Shown here: positions 18,695 through 27,163 of the stretch, piece by piece
How positions within the stretch are numbered: position 1 is the stretch's first letter
How the letters are laid out: the number at the start of each line of letters is the position of its first letter
The notes under the pieces: generated by a model
Told to the model about the DNA's origin: nothing
Databases searched by the model: none
What the model saw: only the letters and a program-made list of their open reading frames with translations
Position numbers and translations under genes: made by a program
Origin: Ktedonobacterales bacterium
Lineage (GTDB): Bacteria; Chloroflexota; Ktedonobacteria; Ktedonobacterales; JADMIN01
NCBI GenBank assembly: GCA_030167145.1
Contig: CP126532.1
Span: 540,001 to 572,000 of the forward strand
DNA: 32,000 bases
Direction: 5' to 3'

Positions 18695-19702
18695 GTGGCA
18701 CGATATAACTATGGTGGGCAGGCGGTCATCGAAGGGGTGATGATGCGTGGGCGGCGCAGCGCGGCAGTGGCATTGCGCGCACCCGCAGGCGGCATTCTGG
18801 TGCATGAGGAGCCACTCAAGGCGCGTTTCTATACCAGCCGTATCTCGCAGTGGCCGTTTGTACGTGGACTGCTGCTGCTGTGGGATATGCTGGTTCTCGG
18901 TACACGCATGATGATGTTCGCCGCCAATGTCTCCGTCGAAGGCGCAATGCAAGCTGCCGAAGATGCCGACCCCAAGGGCGACAAGAACACAGAGAGCGCC
19001 GCGCCCACACTCGCGCCGGAGACCGCTATCCCTGGCACAGTCGTCGAGGCGAATCCGGCGGGCGCATCCGCGCTGGGCGGCGTGAGCATCGGTTTCGCGC
19101 TCTTCTTCTCGCTGGCCTTCGCTATCGGCCTCTTCTTCCTGCTGCCACTGGCCGCCGTCGGCGCGGCGCATCGCTGGATCGGCGTGGGCTGGCAGAGTCT
19201 CGTGCTGGAAGGGTTGATCCGGCTGGCGATCCTCATCGCCTACCTCGCCGCCATCGGGCAGCTACCCAGCATCAAACGCGTCTTCGAATATCATGGCGCG
19301 GAGCACAAAGCCATCAACGCCTACGAAGCCGGCAATCCGCTCGACGTGGACCATGTGCGCCGGGCATCGAAGGTGCATACGCGCTGCGGCACCGGCTTTC
19401 TGCTGATTGTCGTCGTGCTTTCGATTTTCGTCTTCGCGCTGGTCGGCCATCCACCGCTGCCACTGCTGGTGCTCTCGCGCATCTTGCTGGTGCCGGTGAT
19501 CGCCGCCATCGCCTATGAACTGATGCGGCTGGGCGCGGCCAACTATCGCTTCCGCGTCGTCCGCTGGTTGATGGCTCCGAGCCTCGCCCTGCAAGGATTG
19601 ACCACCCGCGAGCCAGACGCATCCCAGATGGAGTGCGCCATCGTCGCGCTGGAGCGCGTGCTGCGTACCGACGGCGTCGCCGCGCTCAACCGTGTCGCAT
19701 AG
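18695..19702 (+). CDS. DUF1385-family membrane protein
   Basis: GTG start after AGAGGGAG. Contains YGGQAVIEGVMMRG and YHGAEHKAINAYE, the hallmarks of DUF1385, plus several TM helices. Confidence 0.75.
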   Translation: MARYNYGGQAVIEGVMMRGRRSAAVALRAPAGGILVHEEPLKARFYTSRISQWPFVRGLLLLWDMLVLGTRMMMFAANVSVEGAMQAAEDADPKGDKNTESAAPTLAPETAIPGTVVEANPAGASALGGVSIGFALFFSLAFAIGLFFLLPLAAVGAAHRWIGVGWQSLVLEGLIRLAILIAYLAAIGQLPSIKRVFEYHGAEHKAINAYEAGNPLDVDHVRRASKVHTRCGTGFLLIVVVLSIFVFALVGHPPLPLLVLSRILLVPVIAAIAYELMRLGAANYRFRVVRWLMAPSLALQGLTTREPDASQMECAIVALERVLRTDGVAALNRVA

Positions 19703-19748
19703 GCTGCCGCACCTTCCGTCGCATAGATCATTTAACGAGGAATGCCCC

Positions 19749-20486
19749 ATGACCACCCAGGCCGAACACGCAGAAGAGCAGGATATCAGCCCCGAAGAAA
19801 TTCCCTCCCCGCCCGCCGCCGCTGAGCTTGGTCGCGAAGAAGCCGAAACGCCCTCAGCCCCACCGATCCTCAGCGGCAAGTCGTTCCTGCGGAAAGGGCT
19901 GCTCCGCTGGGTCATCATGGGAGGCATTCGCTACTGCTATCGCATCTGGACCCGCATCGCCGTCCGCGCTTTTCCCGAAGGTTCGCGCCGTGCCGCCTTC
20001 GCCAATCGCATCGGCATCCCTCTGCCGGACCGGCTCAATATGAGCTGGGTGACGCCTCAACTTGCCGTCGGCGGTCGCATCCACCCCGGCGACATCGCGC
20101 GCCTGGCCGCCAAGGGAGTCACCCGCGTGGTAGACACCCGCTCGGAGCATCAAGACGACGAGGCGGCGCTGGCGAAAGCGGGTATCGAGTTGCTGTATCT
20201 GCCCACCAGAGATACTTTCCCGCTCACCGTGGCGCAGTTGCGCGAGGGCGCGGACTGGATCAACCAGCAGATTGCCGACGGCCAGCATGTGCTGATTCAC
20301 TGCGAGCACGGCGTGGGGCGCAGTGTGCTGTTGACCGCCGCCGCGCTCGTCGCGCAGGGCATGGGCGCCCATCACGCCCTTAACCTCATACAGCGTCACC
20401 GTTGGCAGGCCGCCCCCAACCACCGCCAGATACGGCGCCTGCAAGAGTTCGAGCGCACTATGCACGCCCCTGTGCCGCAGCGGTAA
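19749..20486 (+). CDS. Dual-specificity (Cys-based) protein phosphatase family protein
   Basis: In frame with track ORF 19692..20486. The ATG at 19749 follows GAGGA. The PTP P-loop is VLIHCEHGVGRS (HCxxGxxRS). The N-terminal ~45 aa are acidic and Pro-rich. Confidence 0.75.
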   Translation: MTTQAEHAEEQDISPEEIPSPPAAAELGREEAETPSAPPILSGKSFLRKGLLRWVIMGGIRYCYRIWTRIAVRAFPEGSRRAAFANRIGIPLPDRLNMSWVTPQLAVGGRIHPGDIARLAAKGVTRVVDTRSEHQDDEAALAKAGIELLYLPTRDTFPLTVAQLREGADWINQQIADGQHVLIHCEHGVGRSVLLTAAALVAQGMGAHHALNLIQRHRWQAAPNHRQIRRLQEFERTMHAPVPQR

Positions 20487-20554
20487 TATCCTCCCCCTTT
20501 GGCGCGTATTCTCTCAAGAGATGCCTGCTCATAGCGCCGCCAGAGAAGGAGGCG

Positions 20555-22081
20555 ATGCCCATGCGCCAACGTCCTAACTACCATCGCGGCATGCGCAGTG
20601 CGGTCTTCCTCCTCGCCGCGTTGCTGCTCTTCGTGGGCTGCTCGTCTTCCACCACGCGGCCGATTCCGCCGCCAACCGTAACGGGCACGCGCAACCTCAC
20701 CGGCCCCAGCCAGGACTGGCTCACCTTCGGCTACGACGCCGCACGCAGTGGCGTCAACCCCAACGAGCGCATCGTCTCGCCCAACAACGTCGCGGGACTC
20801 CACCGGCTCTGGCAGGTAACGCTACCTGGCGTCGAAGACTCCCCGCCAGTGCTGCTCAGCGGCCTCACGCTGCCAGACGGCTCCGTGCGCGACATGCTGT
20901 ATGTGCTGACGCGCGACGGCCAGTTCCTCGCGCTGGATGCCGCTAGCGGCGCAATTCTCTGGAGCCACCATCCATCCGGGCCAAAGATCACTCATTCCTC
21001 GCCTGTGGCCGATCCCTCGCGGCAATACGTCTACGCCTACGGCCTGGACGGCGCGCTGCACAAATACGCCGCGACCACTGGCGACGAGGTCACGAGCGGC
21101 GGCTGGCCCGCATCCATCACGCGTATGACCAGCAGCGAGAAGGAATCGTCCGCGCCCAACCTCGCCAACGGACGCATCTACGTCATCACCAGTGGCTATC
21201 TCGGCGACGCCCCGCCCTATCAAGGGCATGTCGTCAGCATTGCCTTCGCCGATGGCAGTGAGCACATCTTCAATAGCCTGTGCGCGAATCTGCCCTATCT
21301 GCTCGGCCCAACCGACTGCGCTAGCCAGCAATCGGGCATCTGGGCGCGCGGCGGCGCTATCGTAGACCCTACCACAGGCAATCTGTTCGTCGTGACCGGA
21401 AACGGCCCCTACACCGGCAACACCGGCGGCAACGATTGGGGCGACAGCGTGTTGGAGCTATCCCCCGACGGCAGCCGCCTGCTCGATTCCTACACGCCTG
21501 CGACCTACCGGCAACTCGACGAGACCGACGCCGACCTCGGCAGTACTGCTCCCGCGCTCCTGCCCACCGTGCCGAACAGCAGAACTCCGTACATGCTCGT
21601 GCAGGGCGGCAAGGACGGCATTCTGCGGCTGCTCAACCGCCGCGACCTGAGCAGCGCGGGCGGCCTGGGGCATATCGGTGGCGAACTTCAGACGCTGGCG
21701 ACTGCCACCTGCGGCCTCTTCACCCAGCCAGTCGTCTGGCAAGACCCCGCTAGCGGCGCGGTATTCGTTTTCGTCGCGGCGCAGTGCGGCTTCACCGCCT
21801 ACCGGTTGGATACGGATGCCTCCGGCGTCTCGCGCCTGCGGCAAGTCTGGGCGGCGGACCTGCGCGCCACCACGCCGATACTCGCGGGCGGCGTGCTCTT
21901 CGCCGCGACCAGTGGCGCCATCGTCGCGCTCGACCCAGCCACCGGGCACACGCTCTGGACCAGCGATCAGGCCAGCGCGGGCGGCACTATTGGCAGCATC
22001 CACTGGCAGAGTCCCATCGTCGCCGGTGGCCGTCTCTATTGCGCCGACGAAAGCGGCCACCTGACCGCCTATGGCCTGTAG
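20555..22081 (+). CDS. PQQ-like (BamB-like) beta-propeller repeat protein, probable lipoprotein
   Basis: In frame with track ORF 20402..22081. The ATG at 20555 follows AAGGAGG. The signal peptide RSAVFLLAALLLFVGCSSS has a lipobox-like Cys. Repeated beta-propeller blades are seen (e.g. LYVLTRDGQFLALDAASGAILW, GAIVALDPATGHTLW, GRLYCADESGHLTAY). Confidence 0.75.
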   Translation: MPMRQRPNYHRGMRSAVFLLAALLLFVGCSSSTTRPIPPPTVTGTRNLTGPSQDWLTFGYDAARSGVNPNERIVSPNNVAGLHRLWQVTLPGVEDSPPVLLSGLTLPDGSVRDMLYVLTRDGQFLALDAASGAILWSHHPSGPKITHSSPVADPSRQYVYAYGLDGALHKYAATTGDEVTSGGWPASITRMTSSEKESSAPNLANGRIYVITSGYLGDAPPYQGHVVSIAFADGSEHIFNSLCANLPYLLGPTDCASQQSGIWARGGAIVDPTTGNLFVVTGNGPYTGNTGGNDWGDSVLELSPDGSRLLDSYTPATYRQLDETDADLGSTAPALLPTVPNSRTPYMLVQGGKDGILRLLNRRDLSSAGGLGHIGGELQTLATATCGLFTQPVVWQDPASGAVFVFVAAQCGFTAYRLDTDASGVSRLRQVWAADLRATTPILAGGVLFAATSGAIVALDPATGHTLWTSDQASAGGTIGSIHWQSPIVAGGRLYCADESGHLTAYGL

Positions 22082-22174
22082 TTGCCACCGGCAGCGCCAC
22101 ATCACAGCCCGATGTGTACAATAGAACCGGTGGCTTCGCGCATGCGTTGGGATAAGATTGGGGGAGCGCATATC

Positions 22175-23779
22175 ATGACCGAGTACCCACAGCACCGGCC
22201 GGTCACCCTGGCTACACACGGCCTCGTCGCCGCGCCACACTACCTTGCGGCACAGGCCGGACTTCATCTGCTGAAGGCTGGCGGCAACGCGATTGACGCC
22301 GCCATCGCCGCCAACGCCACGTTGCAGGTGGTCTATCCGCAGCTCTGCGGGCTTGGCGGCGATCTCTTCGCGCTGCTCTACGACGCGCGCAGCCGCGAGC
22401 TCTATGGCCTCAATGCCAGTGGACGCGCTCCCCGCGCCGCCACCATCGAACGCTATCACGCGCTCGGCCACGCGACGATGCCCGACTTCGGCATCCACAC
22501 GGTCACCGTCCCTGGCTGCGCGGACGGCTGGGGACAGCTTGCCGAACGCTTTGGGCGACTGGGGCTGGCTCGCGCACTCGCCCCCGCCATCGCCTACGCC
22601 ACGGACGGATTCCCCGTTGGCCCTGGATTGCATGCCGCGCTGGTCCGCATGGATTCGCTGGGCCACACACATCGCTCCTTCCGCGAGCATTTCATGCCCG
22701 GCGGCGCGATTCCCCCGGCGGGGGGCGTCTTCCGCCGTCCCGATCTGGCGCGCACGCTGCGGCTCATCGCCGAGCGCGGACCGCAGGCGTTCTATCGCGG
22801 TGAACTGGCCGACCAAATTGCTACATTCTTCGCGAGCGAGGGCGGGCTGCTCGCTGGTGACGACCTTGCCGCGCACACCAGCGAATGGGTCACGCCGCTC
22901 TCCGTGCGCTTTGGCGACCTCGACGTATATGAGTTGCCGCCGAATACCCAGGGCGTCACGGCGCTCCAGATGCTCGGCATCATGGATGGCCTGCCGCTGG
23001 GCGCGGATCCACTGGATGTGGCGACGGCGCATCTGGCCGTCGAGGCGAAAAAGCTCGCCTTCGCCGACCGCGACGCATATCTCACCGACGCGGCGCACAT
23101 GCGCGTGGATCCGGCGGCGCTGATCGCCCCCGACTACCTGGCCAGCCGCCGCGCACTGATTACCCCCGATTGCGCTCAGCCATCTGTCGCGCCGGGGAGT
23201 GTCAACGGCGACACGATCTATCTCTGCGCCGCCGATGAGGAGGGCAACGCCGTCTCACTGATTCAGAGCAACTATCGCGGTTTCGGCAGCGGGCTGGTAG
23301 TGGATGGCACGGGCATCGTCCTGCAGAATCGCGGCGCGTACCTCTCGCTTGACCCCGACGCCGCCAACGCCCTTGCCCCCGGCAAGCGCACGCTGCACAC
23401 GCTGATTCCCTCGCTGGCGCTGCGCGACGGCTTGCCTGCCGTCGTCTTCGGCTGCATGGGCGGCGACGGTCAGCCGCAGACGCACCTGCAAGTCTATACC
23501 GCGCTGGCCAAGTTTGGGCTGAACATCCAGGCGGCCATCGAGCTACCACGTTGGCTGGATGGCGTCGCCGCGCTGGGCACGCCCGAACGCCTCTGGCTGG
23601 AAAGCCGCTTCCCCAGCGAAACGAGTACGGCGTTGCGCGCGTTGGGGCATGATGTCGAAATTGTCGGGCCATGGGATTCCCAGATGGGGCATGCCAATGG
23701 TATCGTGATCGATCATACGAACGGCGTGCTACACGGCGGCAGCGATCCTCGCGCTGAGGGCGCGGCTGTTGGGTGGTAG
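22175..23779 (+). CDS. ggt: Gamma-glutamyltransferase family protein
   Basis: In frame with track ORF 22082..23779, with the ATG at 22175. Contains GGNAIDAAIAANATLQVVYPQLCGLGGDLFAL and the autoprocessing/nucleophile region GDTIYLCAADEEGNAVSLIQSNYRGFGSG, plus a C-terminal GGSDPRAEGAAVG. Confidence 0.85.
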   Translation: MTEYPQHRPVTLATHGLVAAPHYLAAQAGLHLLKAGGNAIDAAIAANATLQVVYPQLCGLGGDLFALLYDARSRELYGLNASGRAPRAATIERYHALGHATMPDFGIHTVTVPGCADGWGQLAERFGRLGLARALAPAIAYATDGFPVGPGLHAALVRMDSLGHTHRSFREHFMPGGAIPPAGGVFRRPDLARTLRLIAERGPQAFYRGELADQIATFFASEGGLLAGDDLAAHTSEWVTPLSVRFGDLDVYELPPNTQGVTALQMLGIMDGLPLGADPLDVATAHLAVEAKKLAFADRDAYLTDAAHMRVDPAALIAPDYLASRRALITPDCAQPSVAPGSVNGDTIYLCAADEEGNAVSLIQSNYRGFGSGLVVDGTGIVLQNRGAYLSLDPDAANALAPGKRTLHTLIPSLALRDGLPAVVFGCMGGDGQPQTHLQVYTALAKFGLNIQAAIELPRWLDGVAALGTPERLWLESRFPSETSTALRALGHDVEIVGPWDSQMGHANGIVIDHTNGVLHGGSDPRAEGAAVGW

Positions 23780-23788
23780 GTGGCTGTC

Positions 23789-25072
23789 CTAGCGCCCCCG
23801 TGCCCCAGCAGGCGTAATTCCGCTCGCCTTCTCGTGCTGTGCGGGCGTTTCGCCGGCCATATGCCGCCGCTGCTGCCCGCGCGCCATCCGCCACAGCCCC
23901 ATCGTCGTCGCCAGCCCCACCAGACCGAACACGAGCCAAGGCAGCGCCGGAAGATGCCAGCGCCCGCCCAGGTCATAGAGCAGCCCACCGCTGAAGTTGC
24001 CCAACCCACCACCGAAGGCCAGCGCCAGCGAGTTCACGCCGAAGTAGGAGCCGAGCGCGGCGGGGTTCGCCAGCGAGGCCGCTACGGTCTGCTGGCTCGG
24101 CGCGGCCAGCACGACGCCCAGGCACAGGCAGACGACACACCCCAGCAGCACCGGCATATTCCCCGCCAACGCCACCGCGCCAATCCCCAGCGCCATCAGC
24201 AGCAGGCCTAGCGTCAGAATGGGCAGCGGCCGCAACCAGCGCCCCGCCAGCCGGATCAACGGATAGCTCAGCACGATCAGCATCACCGAATTGATGGCGT
24301 AGATCCAGCCGACCGCGCTCGCCGTCCCGCTGATCGCCTTCGCCGCCAGCGGCAGCGAGATGGTGAACTGCACCCAGAGAAACCAGTAGCCCATCAGCAA
24401 GACATTGAACGTCATGAAGGGCCGGTCGCGCAGCGCCAAGCCGATGCCGCGCACCAGCGTCCCGCCGTCGCTGGCGCTCGCCACGCGCACCGGCGGCAGA
24501 AAGATCAGCGTGATGGCGAAGTCCACAAAGAAGCAGCTTGCCGCCACCAGCGCCACCAGCGCGAAGTTCGCCGCCAGCAGCAGCGCGCCCACCTGTGTGC
24601 CGATGGCGACGCCCAGCCCGCCCACGACGCCCGTCAGCGAGTAGAAGCGCGCGCGATTCTGCTCGTCCGTCAGCGCGGCGATAGCGGCGGATTTGGGCGC
24701 CTCGAAGAGGCTGCCGCCCAGCGCCGCCAGCAGCGCCGAGAGCAAGAGCAGCGGGAATGTAGTGGCCCAGGCGAGACTGAGGAAGCCCACCGCACGCAGC
24801 AGCACCCCCGCGCAGATCAGCCATTTCACGCCGAAGCGGTCCGCCAGGATGCCCGCGACGGGTGTGCTGCCCTGCTGCAAGAGTTGGCGCAGCGCCAAGA
24901 CTAGCCCAATCGAAGCGGCGGCCCAGCCCAGTCCATCTACATAATGCACCGAGATCAGCGGAATCACCATGAAGAAGCCGCCGTAGACGAGGAACGTATC
25001 CACCAGAATCGTGGCCAGTCCCCGCCGCCGCGCGGCTTCGCTCAACGTATATGCCGACGCTGCCACAACCAA
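23789..25072 (-). CDS. MFS transporter
   Basis: About 12 predicted TM helices. The loop motif GILADRFGVK lies between TM2 and TM3, which is typical of the MFS. It is convergent with ggt, with 9 nt between the stops. Confidence 0.8.
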   Translation of the reverse strand: MVVAASAYTLSEAARRRGLATILVDTFLVYGGFFMVIPLISVHYVDGLGWAAASIGLVLALRQLLQQGSTPVAGILADRFGVKWLICAGVLLRAVGFLSLAWATTFPLLLLSALLAALGGSLFEAPKSAAIAALTDEQNRARFYSLTGVVGGLGVAIGTQVGALLLAANFALVALVAASCFFVDFAITLIFLPPVRVASASDGGTLVRGIGLALRDRPFMTFNVLLMGYWFLWVQFTISLPLAAKAISGTASAVGWIYAINSVMLIVLSYPLIRLAGRWLRPLPILTLGLLLMALGIGAVALAGNMPVLLGCVVCLCLGVVLAAPSQQTVAASLANPAALGSYFGVNSLALAFGGGLGNFSGGLLYDLGGRWHLPALPWLVFGLVGLATTMGLWRMARGQQRRHMAGETPAQHEKASGITPAGARGR

Positions 25073-25231
25073 ACGACTCCCCCCACGCGCTCCGAATGGC
25101 GCTCAACTCCGTATCCTTCTATTGTACCATCGCCAGCGAACATGTTCGCCACACATCTACCACACGCACGCATCTTGAAATGCGCGAGGGCGGAAATTCG
25201 CGCCGGCCAGAAGGCCAGTTGCTCATCTCGA

Positions 25232-25312
25232 ATGGGGCAAGAGGTCCAAGAAGACCAAGGGTATCATCCTGGATATGACCCCCTTGACCCCCTTGGTCTC
25301 ATTGCATGATGA
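25232..25312. repeat. Palindromic repeat element, copy A (degenerate)
   Basis: The core CAAGGGTATCATCCTGGATATGACCCCCTTG (25256-25286) matches the reverse complement of 25871-25903, differing only where copy A has C and copy B (reverse complement) has TCT. Internal 10-bp arms are AGACCAAGGG (25252-25261) and CCCTTGGTCT (25290-25299). GACCCCCTT is tandemly duplicated. Confidence 0.7.
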
Positions 25313-25362
25313 GATTGGATGAAGAGCCGTGATTATCCCCCACCATCATCTATAGACGTCAT

Positions 25363-25391
25363 TTGACAAGCAAAGGGACTCATCATATAGT
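25363..25391 (+). promoter_or_regulatory. Sigma-70-type promoter for the cupin gene (TTGACA-17-TATAGT)
   Basis: TTGACA at 25363-25368, a 17-nt spacer, then TATAGT at 25386-25391, about 68 nt upstream of the ATG at 25459. Confidence 0.6.
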
Positions 25392-25458
25392 GTCACCGTC
25401 CCCAAGGCATGGGAGATCGTAATGTGCGGCGAATATCCGTAGAGTGAAAGGCAATCCC

Positions 25459-25809
25459 ATGGCACGCCTCGAGAAGAAGAGCTTCAACGCGCCTGATGAG
25501 CGACGCACACCCTCTAACACGACGATGGAAACCGTGCAGTTCGGCGACCGGATGGTGGCACGGATCACCTATCACCCCGGCTGGCGCTGGAGCAATGACA
25601 TCAAGCCAGGAGCAGGCACCGACCTCTGCCAGATCAATCACTTCATGTACGTGCTCTCCGGCCAAACACACGTGGTCATGGCTGATGGAACTGAAATGGA
25701 CATCGGGCCGGGTGATATCGTTACGATACCTGCTGGCCACGACGGTTGGGTCGTTGGCGACGAACCTTGCGTGCTCCTCGACTTCGGTGGCGCCGTGCGC
25801 TCAGAGTAG
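25459..25809 (+). CDS. Small cupin-domain protein
   Basis: Track ORF 25444..25809. I prefer the ATG at 25459, with GAAAGG 7 nt upstream. The beta-barrel pattern ...HFMYVLSGQTHVVMADGTEMDIGPGDIVTIPAGHDGWVVGDEPCVLLDF is typical of single-domain cupins. Confidence 0.7.
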   Translation: MARLEKKSFNAPDERRTPSNTTMETVQFGDRMVARITYHPGWRWSNDIKPGAGTDLCQINHFMYVLSGQTHVVMADGTEMDIGPGDIVTIPAGHDGWVVGDEPCVLLDFGGAVRSE

Positions 25810-25855
25810 GTAGCGTATCGCATGGAGAGCGGCGTGTGAGGCGGGCTTTCCTTCT

Positions 25856-25927
25856 CCCCATGCAAAACTCCAAGGGGGTCATATCCAGAGAATGATACCC
25901 TTGACCCCCTTGGAGTTTTGCATGGGG
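25856..25927. repeat. Palindromic repeat element, copy B (perfect 25-bp inverted arms)
   Basis: CCCCATGCAAAACTCCAAGGGGGTC (25856-25880), a 22-nt loop, then GACCCCCTTGGAGTTTTGCATGGGG (25903-25927). The arms are exact reverse complements. Confidence 0.85.
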
Positions 25928-26016
25928 AATGTCACGCCTTGTCTATCGTGACTTGCCAGTTGATACCGAATCTGTCCGCCAGCCAGCCGCAGCGGCGCCC
26001 CAGGGCTGTGCCGTCA

Positions 26017-26043
26017 CACGAGACATCACGAGACATCACGAGA
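26017..26043 (+). repeat. Tandem 10-bp direct repeat (CACGAGACAT x 2.7)
   Basis: CACGAGACAT CACGAGACAT CACGAGA, read directly at 26017-26043, ending 11 nt upstream of the TGTCACA motif. Confidence 0.8.
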
Positions 26044-26054
26044 ACCAATCTCGC

Positions 26055-26081
26055 TGTCACATTGGGCGGGTTTCGCACGTC
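26055..26081 (+). promoter_or_regulatory. ECF41-type promoter motif TGTCACA-N16-CGTC
   Basis: TGTCACA at 26055-26061, exactly 16 nt of spacer, then CGTC at 26078-26081. The first in-frame ATG of the sigma gene (26088) lies 6 nt after CGTC. Confidence 0.55.
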
Positions 26082-26087
26082 ACTACC

Positions 26088-27005
26088 ATGACGGAACCCA
26101 ACGAAGGAATGTGCCTGATGGACGAACACGCATTTCTGGCTCAACAATTCGAAGCAAACCGCACCCACCTGCGGGCGGTGGCCTATCGCATGCTCGGCTC
26201 GCTCAGCGAAGCAGACGACGCCGTGCAGGAATCGTGGCTCCGGCTCAGCCGCGCCGACACCAGCGACGTCGCGAATCTCGGCGGATGGCTGACCACTGTG
26301 GTCGCACGGGTCTGTCTCGACATGCTGCGCTCGCGTCAGTCGCGCCGCGAGGAACCCTTGGAAGCGTCCATACACGAGCCAATCATGCGCCGCGAGGATG
26401 GCGGCGACCCCGAGGACGAAGCGATTCTGGCCGATTCGGTCGGGCTGGCGCTGCTCGTGGTGCTCAACACACTGAATCCCGCCGAGCGCCTCGCCTTTGT
26501 GCTACACGATCTCTTCGACGTACCCTTCGACGAAATTGCGCCCATCGTGGGCCGCTCGCCCACTGCGGCGCGGCAACTCGCCAGCCGCGCACGCCGCCGG
26601 GTGCAGGGCGTTGGCGAGGCAGCGACGACCAATCCCCAGGCCGATCTCGCTCGCCAGCGTGCCGTGGTTGACGCCTTCCTCGCGGCGTCGCGCTCTGGCG
26701 ACTTCGACGCGCTGCTCGCCCTGCTCGACCCCAACGTCGTGCTCCACGCCGACCAGGCAGCCGTGGCTGTGGGCGCGGCAAGCGAAGCGCGCGGCGCACA
26801 GGCGGTAGCCCAGCAGTTCGCGGGACGTGCCCGTGTCGCGCAACCCGCGCTGATCAATGGCGCTGTGGGTCTTGCCTGGGCGCCAGGTGGAGCGCCACGT
26901 GTCGTATTCGACTTCACCATCACCAGCGGCAAGATCGTCGCCATCACCCTGATCGCCGACCCCGAACGCCTGCGCCAGTTCGACCTGACGCTCCTCGACG
27001 ACTGA
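26088..27005 (+). CDS. ECF sigma factor with a fused C-terminal SnoaL/NTF2-like extension (ECF41/SigJ-like)
   Basis: In frame with track ORF 25929..27005. The sigma-2 region is LRAVAYRMLGSLSEADDAVQESWLRLSRAD...GGWLTTVVARVCLDMLRSR. The sigma-4 region is LNPAERLAFVLHDLFDVPFDEIAPIVGRSPTAARQLASRARRRV. A ~110-aa extension follows, ending ...ITSGKIVAITLIADPERL. No anti-sigma gene is adjacent. Alternative starts are ATG 26109 and ATG 26118 (GAAGGA at 26103-26108). Confidence 0.8.
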   Translation: MTEPNEGMCLMDEHAFLAQQFEANRTHLRAVAYRMLGSLSEADDAVQESWLRLSRADTSDVANLGGWLTTVVARVCLDMLRSRQSRREEPLEASIHEPIMRREDGGDPEDEAILADSVGLALLVVLNTLNPAERLAFVLHDLFDVPFDEIAPIVGRSPTAARQLASRARRRVQGVGEAATTNPQADLARQRAVVDAFLAASRSGDFDALLALLDPNVVLHADQAAVAVGAASEARGAQAVAQQFAGRARVAQPALINGAVGLAWAPGGAPRVVFDFTITSGKIVAITLIADPERLRQFDLTLLDD

Positions 27006-27036
27006 GGAACGACAAGCCACCACCCCGTTCGCTCCC

Positions 27037-27065
27037 TTGACACACCGCCCCCCGCATTTTATGCT
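27037..27065 (+). promoter_or_regulatory. Sigma-70-type promoter for the SDR/acyl-CoA ligase genes (TTGACA-17-TATGCT)
   Basis: TTGACA at 27037-27042, a 17-nt spacer, then TATGCT at 27060-27065, about 100 nt upstream of the ATG at 27164. Confidence 0.5.
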
Positions 27066-27163
27066 TGGCGCACCACCCGGCACACCGCCGGGCGATTCAA
27101 GCCCGCCACACCCCTGCTAGGGCGCATACGCATCGTCGCAACAGTTTCTTGGAAAGGCATCGC

